From Paragordius varius (Eukaryota > Animalia > Nematomorpha), in assembly GCA_964247055.1 (NCBI GenBank), contig OZ176054.1, positions 7,316,001 to 7,380,000 of the forward strand: 64,000 nt of DNA, read 5' to 3'. Shown in pieces: positions 46,446 through 59,700 of the stretch. Both the position numbers and the translations under genes were made by a program. Each line of letters begins with the position of its first letter. The first letter of the stretch is position 1. Under the pieces are notes generated by a model. It was not told the DNA's origin. It searched no databases and saw only the letters and a program-made list of their open reading frames with translations.

Positions 46446-46476
<31 letters not shown>

Positions 46477-47767
46477 TCAAAATTATTTGCTCTCCGAAAA
46501 GATTATAAAATATTTGTGGAAAATTAGTTTTTTTGCAAAAGGGTTAATTTTTTACAGGCGTTGGGACAAAACACAGGAACTAATAGAAAAACTCGCCATG
46601 ATCGATGCATTTATAAATGAAAGAAAAATATTGATTATTAAATTTTAATAGATGTCTATTATTTGCCCGAACCGCCTCATTAACACAATTTTTGGTGACT
46701 TGGATTTGTTAAGTAACTTTTATTTTTATTTGTGGGGCTGCCCAGATTTAACTAAAAAAAGGGGCTTGATTATTGGTAGCGCATTCTTAGATGAATATAA
46801 AATATGTTTGTAAAATTCAAACGCAGCTATAGGTTTTCCAGATTAATGTTTCATAGATTCTTAGTAATTATATAAAATTTGTCAATGTTTACACTTCCAA
46901 TGTAAATTTTTTAAAACATTTTTTTTGTATAAATTATATAATTTATATCAAAATACAACGATAAAGTTTTGTTTTTATCGATTTTATCACCATTTTTACG
47001 CATAGATAAATATGGAAAATAGCAAGCAATATTGTATGTATGACAATATTTTTATAATGGGATTTGTATGTTTTCATTTTTATGCTGTAAAAAAATAATA
47101 CAAATTTCCTATGAAATACTGATGAATGCCTGTCGATTTATTGGCTCTCTTAGGGGGGTAAAAAACATAAAATCAATTTATTTTTTATCCACAAAATATA
47201 TATTGGTTTACAAAGCACTTAAACCATTAATTTTTTTCCATGAATAAATATATTCGCATTAACGCAGTATGGCGTTTACCCATTTTATTGATGAGAATCC
47301 CTTATCCTTTTAGTTTATGAATTGTATCACTATTTGAAAACTAAATATCATTCATTGGATTTGTTAATTCCTTTGTCCGTAAAATGGCATCTTTTTATTC
47401 ATATTATATATGAATCGCAACAACTTTCTTCCCTTTTTAATATAGTTGACATAAACTGCAAAATTTTTTATATACTTAAAGCCTAGAACAACTTATAGGA
47501 AATCAATATTTTCTTCCTTGAAACAATTGTTTTCAGATTTTTCCAAACGTTTCCTGTACAAATAATTATGAAAAAAGTACACATGAATTCTGAGCTTTTT
47601 ACCACCACACGTCAAATGATATTATTTGTATAAATAGGATTTCATAAAGAGGATTACCATTTTTGGATGAAATTTATGCATAAATTGACCCCTTAATAAA
47701 GTTTTTTAGATAAAACTTTTTCTTTTTTAAAAAAAATCACGCAAAACTTGAAGAATAATTTAAATGG

Positions 47768-50700
47768 TTGCGCCGAAGATTTTCAAGCGAAGAAAACAAC
47801 AATGAATTAAGTCTAAACAAAAATAATGATGACCAAAATTTAGAGCCACCATACGATTCCGTAAAAAATCAATATACACCAAATGGCCATTATACTATCA
47901 CACATACTAAAGCTGACCATCCCATACATTCAAATACCCTAAAAAATATTTCTTTATCATCTCATCCCAGTGAAATAATGCAATCTAATCAAGAGGTTTC
48001 TTCACCAACTTATAGCATAAAAAGGAGTGATCATCAGTCTCAATCATTTGCTAACAATATGGCTGCTCAAGGTAAACGTATTTTATCGCGTGTGGGAAGC
48101 ACCATTTCTGAAACCTTGGGAGTTTCAAGTGATACTACAAACATCATTGATAATAGCAATAATAGTGTTCCTGGCTACAATAACCCTAATCCCATGTCAT
48201 CATCGTTTATTGATGGAACAGCAGGGCGAAATACACAAGGATTAGATCGCGTACCCATAGAAGAAAGAAACAATATGAGCCAATCTCCATCAATCACGTC
48301 GTCTAAACTGAATAAAACCAGTGGTGGAAGCACTAAACAAAGGAGCAAAGTCAAACCTCATGGCAGAAGTCAGAGTCAAAGTAAAATGTCCTCCACTTCA
48401 TCTCAACATTCTATCGATAGATATGGGACTGTTCGCCATTCTGAAATCGGTGGTTTTTCTTCCCAGCCACGTGGAGGATTTGAAAGCGACGCACCTCCCA
48501 TTACTACAACAAGAAGTCAATTTGCTGATAATATTCGTGGATTCTTTTCGGGTTCACTTTCTAACTTAACGAATGCGGCACAATCGTTTGTTAGCTCTGG
48601 GGGTACAGAGGAGGCAGGAGGATATTCCAATTATTATGGCCGACGACCGTCAGGAGATTCGACCTACTCCAATACTCATTTGCAAACTATGAATGCAATG
48701 GGACGAAAGAGTTTGACTGGATCAACGACAAACATGGCGCAGGATAAATATAAAACCCTTCTTATCATTGATGAAAGACACACTGATTGGTAATTTTGTT
48801 TTTCTCATATTTTTAACTTGATGAGTTATAGAGGTTGGGATACTTTTAACGGTAAGAGGTGGTAGCAGGTCAATAAATAATTTTCGGGTTTAATCTAAAA
48901 TATAAGTTTTTCAGTAGGATCCCTAAAATTTATTATGGTGTTGAATGTATAATTCCGTCAATGGATTTATAATATCAAAAACTTTGAATAGTTAATAAAT
49001 TTTGAATCTTATGAATATCTCGGTAATTTACATGTATTTGTCCATGTAGTAATAATTTTTATTAATTTATAAAATTAAAACAGAATTTGATTTTACTAGT
49101 ATGTTTTTGTCATTTATAGGTCCAAATATTTCAAGGATCAATGGTTGGAAGGTGAGTGGAAACTTCGGATAGAACAAGTTAGTATAATATTTTTATTAGA
49201 TGCCATAATTAAATTTATATTTTTTAAAATAATATTTTCGGCAGAATAATAATGCAATATTTTGGTCCTAAATTTATAATTTTTTTCAGGCTGAATTTCA
49301 AGATATAAACGTTGCTTCGTATTCGGATACTGGCACAGTAGTAGATATCCATTATATGAAGGGATCTCACAGAGTCATAAAGTTTAATTTGATTTGATTT
49401 ATAATTTTATATACTTAGGAAAATTCAAATATTTTTTTATTTATTATGGCACGTTAACTATGTTTCTGAAACTGCTTGTAATTTTATTTTAAAACCGCCT
49501 TATAAAACATATATAATTTTCAAAAAATATCTATTGTTCATTTTCGTCCATAACAATTTTTAAAATATGCTCCCTTTCTAGAATAATCATAAGTAGTTCT
49601 ACTGACTGTTGTTTTCAATAAAAACATTTCAAATATTTAATCTAACAAAATAAATATTCAAATAAGCAATATTGTATATCGTTATATGATTTGAATTATT
49701 GATCGTAGATCATTTCAACCCGATTTTGTATTAATCCGACAACATGTGATGGATGTTAAACATGATTGGAAAAACATTTTGTTAGGATTTATGTATGGCA
49801 ACGTACCATCACTAAACTCTTTGGAATCGGTTTATGGCTTCTTAGACAAACCCAAAATTGTGAATATTTTAAATTTATTTTTTGGGAATTGTAACACAGT
49901 AAAAGTTTGAAAACATGGAGTTTCTTTATGAAACATATATGTTCCGTTTTCATGGTTATATACATTTTGGTGTTTAATACTCATTTAAGAAAGATAGGTC
50001 AACTTGTTGAGATCTTAACCAATTTGCGCATTTTAAATTTTAATTTAAAGATAAAGGCTTAGTGATACATTGTTAATATTAATTATAAGTTTTAAGTATT
50101 TGGTAGAAAATGATTGTTTTTACTTTAAATATGTTTTAATAAGCGAATTGCAAGGGACCGTTAAATATTATTGATGCTTTAGAAAAAAACGCGATTGAGC
50201 CATGAAATGATAATTATTTAAATAAAGAACGCTTGAATTCGTTTTATATACACCACAAGCATTTTAAGGTATATTAACATACCCGAAATGTTAAAACGCT
50301 AATAAATGTTATAAAACACTTTTCTCCCTAATTCGATGCCGCTAATGATTGACATCCAAAACTTTTAAAAATATAAATTATTTGATATAAATTTGAAAAA
50401 ATATTTTTAAACGACTACATACATTACCAAAGTTTGAAAGCAAACGATTTTAAAGCTGACAAGTTGTTTAAGGCATTATAAGTCACGTAATAAGTTTTTT
50501 ATCGGTGTTGGTTGGTACGGAATAATGCGATAAAAGTATGTTTGAAAAAATAAGCACGATACAAACATTTTTTACTCAATCGCGGTTTTTGCAATATTTA
50601 GAGGGGAGAGCGAAATTTAAGTATCGAATAATTTGTAAGCTTATATATTTAATGTAATTTAACACATTCAGCTTTGCCAATATATTAATCATAATGTGCA

Positions 50701-53700
50701 CAAGAGTTGCTATTGTTAATTATGGATAAAATTATGAAATTAATCCTCTTAATTCACTTAAAACTATGACTTAAAACTAAAAACATCATAATGCTGATAC
50801 ATTTTCATCACATTATTACCATTTTGTGCGCAGCGAATGTTAAAAGAATATCACTTTGATAGCAAAATAATTAATATTTTTCAAATCTATTAAAATTGTA
50901 ATGTAAATTGTAAAAAAAATATAAATTTTTTATTTGGAAATATAGTTTTCTGAACTATTGAAAATTCAATCGGTGTTGGACAAAGAGCAATTCCCTATCA
51001 TTGAACAAGCCTATTATCCCAACTATAAGGAAATGGTATGTCTAACTATTTTTTATAAATATATGTACATAAATGTTTAATCTTAATACACGACATATGA
51101 TATTACATAAAAATTTATAATTTATTGCTAGAGTTTAAATTGTAATCAATTAAATTAATTGACAGGTTTGATATATGATTTAAGTGTATATGAAGTATTA
51201 TCACTTCAATTTATATAAGTTTCTCCAGACAATTCTTTGATTGTACGACCTTTGCAAGAATCCTGAAATATCCTTTTGTCCTCAAATTCGGCTAACTATA
51301 ATTAACATTATAAATTATTATTATTATTATCCATTAGACATTGCATTAGATAATGATTTACATTCCACCCACATAGTTTATCATTGCCTATATCATTATT
51401 ATCAAACTTTTCAGAGTTTTCTTGCTCTGTTGAGCTTAAAAAATTGGTTAGGAATGGGACGTATTTTTTGAAGTATGTGAAGGAAGAATGGTTTTTTGAT
51501 TGATTGAAATTAACCCTTAGATTTTTATCTGTTTTGGGTTTCGATTCACAAAATGACCAGAGAATAAGACATCTCTGTACTACTTTGGGTCTATTAGTTC
51601 TTAGCAAATGGCATAAATATTTGTAGTTATTTTTGTTGTAGTAATGTTCAGCTAAGCTTTTATGTTTAATTGTGGTTGGTTGACTGAAATTTATATGTTC
51701 AATAGAAGTTGAGACGTTTTGAGAATTATTGAGTGCTAAAAAGTTTATATTTTTTAAATCAATTCTATTTGATGCCAATCTTTGTTCCTTTTTACATAGT
51801 TTGAGGATGGAAACTTTGCATTGTTTTATCTATAAATATTGTGCTTTAATTATAAGCATTTAAAACATTTTTTCAACAATTATATCACATACTATATTTA
51901 ATTTTCATATAATATGTGAAAATTATTTCCCAAAATTTTAACAAAAATTTAATTATTTCTTCATTTGTACTTTAGTTTTTTAGGTAAATTTATAATAGTT
52001 ATAAATTCGACTGTATTTTTCCTATCATCTGTAGAAGGGTAAATTATAGACTTGAGATTTTTATAACGCAATTTTGATGCAAAAATATTTTTTTTACAAA
52101 AAAATATATATACTTACTTTACAATGGCAATGCGGATGATAACCTTTGTTAAATCCTTTTCGTTGTCTAACAGATAACTCATGCCATGGTTTTACCCAAC
52201 TTTGGGCATTCACTATAGGTAATCGATTGTCTCCATATTTTATATCTGAAATTTGACCTTAATAGTATAAGTAAATGACAATTTTTTAGTTATATATCAT
52301 TTACATTTCAAATTCACCCTCGAACAATTCAAATTAACCCTTGAACAATTCAAATTCACCCTAAAAATAAATTATGAAATTTCGGTTTAATATAACTCAT
52401 CATTAAAATTAAATATATTTTTATGGCAAAGTTTATTATTTTTTCAGTATTATTTTAATTACGTACAATTTTTTTTTAAAAAAAAATATAAAAAAATATA
52501 GATTTTTAATCTTAAAAAACATATAATTTATTTAGGGTGAATTTAAATTGTTCAAGGGTAAATTTGAATTGTTTAAGGGTAAATTTGAACTGTGAATGGT
52601 ATATATAATAATTAATCATTTATCTAAAAGTAATTTTCATAATGATATAGTAATTTTACCTGATACAACATATTTTTCACCGTACTTAAGTTTGAAAGGT
52701 TGACACTCTAGAAGCGATTCATCGAACGCAATTAAATTATATTGGGCCAAATGTTTTGTATCCTAACGTCATAGTTCAAGAAATCATTAGAATGAATGTT
52801 AAACTTTAACAAAAATGACATTAGAATTAAATTTAACAAGAAAAAAAATATATACATACCTTATATAAATGCCTTAAACTGACACGATATATAACTAATT
52901 GAGAGTATGGTAAATATGTTAAGGAGTTTGGTCCATTTAGGGGGAATTGAATTTGATCTTTCAAAAGTACCATCACAACTAATTAAGCATGATTAAAAAA
53001 TTTGTTTTATCTCTTATAAATAAAAGTGGATTGAAAAATTTCCGTTTCCTTAATAATAGAGATAGATATATAAATTAATAATGCGAAAAATTAAAAAGCT
53101 AACTAACCAAAATTATCATTGCACAAATGGTATTGAGGATGTTTTTGGGAAGTACAGTATCGACTACTCTCAATATTGGTAAAAACAGAATTATTATTAT
53201 TATTTCCAAATATATTAGTCTGATGATTCTGTATATGTATATTGGAGGACGATGTCAATATCTGATTAAAACTAAACACTGTAAACTGTGACAATGCTTG
53301 AAAAAATAAGCTCAAATATATTTTATTGAGAATAATCAAAATTTCATTCATTTGGAATTTTTCGGACAGTTGATTTTAATATACAATAATATCGTTTTTT
53401 TAATTTTAAATTTTGGATATGTGCATTTATAAAATATAAAAATATATGTTATTATATGATTCGATATCGATGATAAATATATAATGATATGAATATGACA
53501 GAAGGCGCAATTATTTAAATCATAAAAAATAGTATATTTTTAACATAATCAATTTGATAAAATCATTCATTTCTATTATATATATTATGAAGTGTGTCTC
53601 TTTTTCTCGATAAATACCTTTAAATCAGACTCCATCAATCTATTAAATCTGTTGTTGAATAATATATCAAATAATGATAATACAATAGTAATTGACTCCA

Positions 53701-56700
53701 TAAAGATGATGTTTTTAATTAAAAAATATTTATCTTATCTGTCCATTGGCCTGAATAAAATCATGTATAAGTAGATGAATGAATTATTATGAAAATATCA
53801 TGAAAATAAAAGTGTTAATAACCAAAGATTAGAGATATACATATATATAATCACTAATTGGAAATTCTGATTAAAAAGTGGAATATATAAATATTTATTA
53901 AGATCCATATTTTTCTTCAAAAATGATTAGACCACAAGATGGAAAATAATATAAACATATTTTTTTGAATTATATATCATAGATATTTACTGTATTTTTT
54001 TATTTATAGACAATACGATTATTTGTAAATGTTTTTCAGTAAAATAGCTGAAATTTTGTCTGGTGAAAAATTCCACAAACACATACACATTTCAATATTG
54101 TTTGATGGGTTTTTATTTAGTATATGATAAATGTATTGAATAATTGCCTCTAGGTATAAAGAAATAAAAGTTAAGGCAGGCTCTTGAAAGAAACAAAGTA
54201 ATATATCTCCCTCAAATTTTTCATCCAATTTTATTTTTAATATATAAAAGTAAAAGACACTTTGTCTCAAACATGTCAAAAAAATGTTGTATTATGGTTG
54301 CATCCCTATTTTAATATTTCCCATTGGGTGTAAAATAAAGGTTAATTTTTTTATTATAACAGAATTTATTTACACTACAATAATTTTTGACTAAGGGATT
54401 TATGCCGAAAATCGTCCGTTGGACCACAAGTAGGAAAATTATGGATAATTTAAAATATTGCTAGAACATAATCGATTAAAATTTAATGTTCATTAGATAT
54501 TTGCTTTGAAAATTGCGTAAGTAGTTACTTTCGATTAAAATAGAAAAAAATACCGTGTTTTTCGGAATATTTGATTATATGATGTTTTTTTCGTAGAAAT
54601 CTACGATTTGAATCTTAAGCGAAAACTCGGTAAATATACCCCCGGTTTCTAAAATATAGGAAAAATTTCAATAGACAAATATCTTATTATAAACAAATAT
54701 TTTTAAAATTTGGCGGGTATTTACCATTTTTGGTGATTTATATTATTGTTAAACTATTATGTTAAATCCATTGTAATAAATAGTGATTATTTTGTAATAT
54801 TAGATATTTCAGTAAATCAGTTATTTTTCATGCATTTTCGAGTCATATTTAAATAATAAATATTAAATAATATATCAGGGGTGGCCACACTTTTTTTGTC
54901 GCGAGCTTTTTTTTGACTTTTTTGTTAAAAAAAGAGTTCGCGGTCACCCAGAAATATTTATCAAAAAAACTCATTCAACACTTTAAATGATGTATATATT
55001 TGCTTTACAGATTAGAGTGACTTGTTTAAACCATTTTAAAATTGTAATTTTTTTATCTATCAACCAAATACAAAAATAATTTTAGTTAAAAGACAACGGG
55101 TTATTAACTACCTTAATTTTTTAACCAACATAAAACACTTCAAAATATTTATTTATTAAATTTCTATTATATGAAATTTTACAATATAAAAATTTAAACA
55201 ATGCATTAGAAATTAAAGGGGAGAATACATTATGATACAAAAAATAAAAGAAATAAAAAATAGCATTCCAATTTAGAACCATAATTTGAACATAAATAAG
55301 AGTACATTAAAATTGTATCAGTTTTAATTCTATCCACATATTTTTTAGTAAATCGGCTTTTTCCTAAGCGAAAATACAACTCGATAAACATCCATATCTA
55401 ATAAAGAAAAAAATATTTAAAACGCCCGACTGCGAAAAAATTCAGAAAGTTTATCTAAATTAGGTTCAAATGAAGTCAAAGCAATTCTCAAACATGATTC
55501 TAAATGTTTATTAGTTCATTGAGACCTCTGTTTAGTTTTGATAGCATTCATAATTGAAAAAGCCGATTCACATAAATATGTGGATCCAAAAAAAGAATTG
55601 AATAATGCAGCGGTTTTCCAAATATGGGGGTATTTATCTTTATTTATAAATTTATATATATCTGATCCTAATGATTTTAGATGGATATCGCATTTAACAT
55701 TTATTAATTCCTCTTCCAACTCTGCTAAATTTGGTACACCAAGAAAGTGGCTGAGTTTTTGAGCAATATATTCAACATTATTATTATTATTAAATGGGCA
55801 TGATAAAAAAATAGCGATGTGTTTAAGTTTATTTATAGATGAAAATCGTTTTTCAAAATCATTAATAAGCAGACCAATATCATCTGCATATTTTTCAAAA
55901 GAGAGATTCGCTATTTTTTCAGACACCGCTGCCAGATTAAAAAAATGTTTTAAATCTCGGTTTTTTAATTGTGTTTCTACTACTGTTAGTGTTTCCTTAA
56001 AAGATTTTAAAGCACCCATCATATCCATTATTGTTTTATCTTTTCCTTGTAATTGGATGTTTAATTTATGCAATTTTTCCGTGATATCGCATAAAAATGC
56101 AAGATCAAGCAGCCAATCTTGATCTTTTAATTCAGGATATGAAAATTTAGAATTCTCTAAAAAAATTTCTATTTGTGGTAAAAGTTGCTTAAATCTAATT
56201 AAAAATGCGGCACGACTCAACCACCTTACATCAGTATGTAATAAAAGTTCTCCATATTCCACGCCGCACTCATTTAACAAAATTCGAAATTGGCGGCGGG
56301 ACAAGCTTTTTGTTCGAATGGCGTTAACAATTTTAAAACAGGGGTTCATTACATGATGGTATTAAAACTTTTGAACATAAAACTTGATTAAGGATTATAC
56401 AATGGTAATCAATGAACTTGGGAAATGCACTGTGATTTTTACATAAAGCGATAAAGCCGTTGTTAACGCCAATCATAGCTGGAGCTCCATCAGTAGTTAT
56501 AGATGCGAGTTTTACGATGGGAAGTTTCGTATCTGTGATAAATTTATAAAAAGAATCAAAAATATCCTGCCCTCTGGTTCGTTCGTGGAGAGGTATTATA
56601 GTTAATAATTCCTCCTTTGCAGATAAATCACTAAATATCATACGAATAAAAATGCATAATTGGGCGATTCCAACATAATCGGTGGACTCATCGAGTTGCA

Positions 56701-59700
56701 AGGAAAAAAATACAGTTATTATTTTCATGTAAAATTTCATCAAGATTAATACTAATATCTTCAGCCCTGCGCATAACGGTATTTCTCGATAAGCTTATGC
56801 TTTTAATAGCTGTCATAATATTATTTTTGTTATCAAAATTTTCAAATTAAATATCACAAGCGCTAATAAAGGCTTCTTTAAATATTTCACCATCTTGGAA
56901 TGGCTTATTGTTCCGAATGAGTATTTCCGCTACCTTGAATGAAGCAATCGTAGCATTTTTATAGTCTTTGTTGTATTTAAGTATGCTATTTTGTGAGGCG
57001 GATAATTGTTCTTTTAATTCCTTTACTTTAATGTTGCGTTCTTGAGTTTGTAAGGGGTAGTTTTTGGAGTAATGTGGATGCAGAGATCTATAATGTCTTT
57101 CAATATTTGACTTTTTGGGCAAAGCAACAGTACTATTGCATATTAGACAGGTGCATGTTTCATTTATCATAATAAAAAAGTATTCATGCTCCCAATCTTT
57201 CTTGTATCTGTACAACTTTTTTTGGCTCATTCTAAAATATAAGTTTTAAAAACCTACTTTTGGTGTATCAAATCAAATCTAACTTCACGATTATGCTTCT
57301 GATTTATGAATAAGTTTTGCTCAAAGTTTTGATATATTCAAGGGAAATGACTGATTTTAAGTTTTAATGCAAATGCTCCAAAACATATGAATTATAATTA
57401 ATAAAATAATTTTTTTACACCCTTTTCTTAGACGTTTTTTTTAATTTAAACCGTATTTTTTTGTATTTTAAATTTAAATTCGCTCAGAAGTAGCCAACTA
57501 TCCGAAAAAAATCAATAAAATTTTTTAAAAAAAAATATTTTCAGGCGGTCACTTTTTGAGTTGTCGCGGTCACGAAAGTGACCGCGGTCACCTCGTTGGC
57601 CACCCCTGTAATATATAATACAGTTGTTTAATCCCTAAGATAATGGTAAACTAAAATTAAATAGAAGATTAATTAAAAATTATATTTATTAACTGAAATT
57701 ATAAATGATATGTGAAGCCCTTCGTCAATAGTAATCGTAGACTAGTTTCGTGATTGTTAGTACCCATCATTACGACACAACTATTTGACTTGGGGTTTTC
57801 ACATATCAATTTCGTGTACATATCCAACTTTCCATTGGTATAAATGCAGTCGGTTATACGAATTTAAGGTAAATTTAATTGATATTTATGAAAATTTAAC
57901 TGAAAATTTAAAAATATACTAAAAATTAACACTAGGCTTAACACGGTTATAACAACTGTGTTATTACAAAACATAATCAATCCGTTATTTACCTTTAAAA
58001 TATAATTATAATACAATTTCAAAGTCTCAATACAATATACCTTATCCATATGTTGTCTCTTATATTCTGATTAGACCTTTACAAATATATGTATACTTAT
58101 TTTTTTAGATGATTACGCCCAAATTTCCAATCGTAATCAAAATTGGCAATTTTCACAATGGTTGCGGCAAGGTTTACATTTTGTTAATCTTAATTCTTGA
58201 AGATACAGTAAAAATTAAAATTATACGGACAAAGGTAAAAATTTAGGGACAAAGATTTTTTTTAAAACACTTTAAATATATTTATTATAAATTGCAAAGT
58301 ATGAAATTAATAAGCATCTTGGTAAAACAATAAATTATATTTTACGATTAAAATTATATAATTTATTTGAGAAAAATTCAGGTATAAAAAGTATGGTTGT
58401 CATTTTGAAAAAAAATATGTCCGTCTTTATATTTTTACGTTTTGTCCGTAAAATTTCAATATTTACTGTAATTTACTATCATTTGGTACAGTATGATTAA
58501 GTATGTATAGCTAGTTTTCAATTAATGATGGCCAGATAGTAATACAGTATGAGTAAGTATATATTGTTTAAAAGTTTAATTGCCAAATATTGGCTAATAA
58601 TAGTAAAAAGTGTAAAAAAATAACTATAAGCCAATAATACTTCCCTTTGTAATATATGCTATTTGGCAATGATTAATAACTTTCTAGCAATGTATACTTA
58701 CTTATACTGTAAAACAAAAAGCAATATTACTGGCCTATAGTTATTTTGTTTTTTTTACTATTAGCCAATTGTTATGCTATCTCGCAATATTTAATGAAAA
58801 ATTAGCAAAGTACATTTACCTATACCGTATGTGTAAGAAAATTAACTGCAAAAATGCGTGTATGAAAATAATACATTCAAATCTTTTTGCGCTAAATATT
58901 TTTCTATTAAAATTTCAATTAAAGTTCTTTGTTTTCTTTTTACAAATAAATTTGACCTAATTTCCTTGCTAAAACATATTATTGTTGGTTTCAACCAAAT
59001 AAGCGATATTACACACGATATTTAATCAAAAATTTTGAGAAATCTGGCCCTCAAAGTCATCTAAATTTTTTGAAAAATGAGTTACTCCGTTTTTATTTAA
59101 TCGTAGGGTTTAGATATTTTACGTTAAATATAACTTCCTTACAAATAACATTATAAAATATTGGCAGATAAAAGTAGATAATCATTATGATTTTTTGGAT
59201 CTCACCAGTCTCATCGCTATGACGGGTAATTATTGCACAATAGAGCCTTACATTGATAGCAAATACGATCTCCACATACAAAAGATTGGAACATCCAACT
59301 ATAAAGCATACCTGTAAATCAAAATATTTTTGCTTCTCTAATATTTTTAATTGCGATGGTCAAATCGCTAATTTATATTAATATTTGAATATATCCTATA
59401 GGCGTAAATCCATATCTGGTAATTGGAAGGCTAATATGGGCTCATCCATACTCGAAGAAATCCCAGTGAATGAAAAGTTATTTTAATATGTCCTAATAAA
59501 TAATTTGGTAGATTTGCAATGTTTTTTATATGAAAAGGTACAAACTTTGGGTGGACGAATGCTCGCGCCTTTGCGGTGGTCTGGACATTCTTGCCGTGGA
59601 AGCCATCAAGGCCAGAGATGGAAAGGAATATATTATTGGGGTAAATTGTTTATTAAAAACAACTATTCTGAGATATGGGCTATAAAGATGAGATTTTAAC

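Noticed and set aside
50180-50600. Possible MITE with AAAAACGCGATTGAG / CTCAATCGCGGTTTTT inverted match, loosely similar to 36100-36200
   Set aside because: The match is short and the termini and TSD could not be defined.
53592-54279. ORFs upstream of TIMP on both strands
   Set aside because: Stops occur in adjoining frames, no consistent splice path was found, and TIMP already has a plausible signal-peptide start at 53351.
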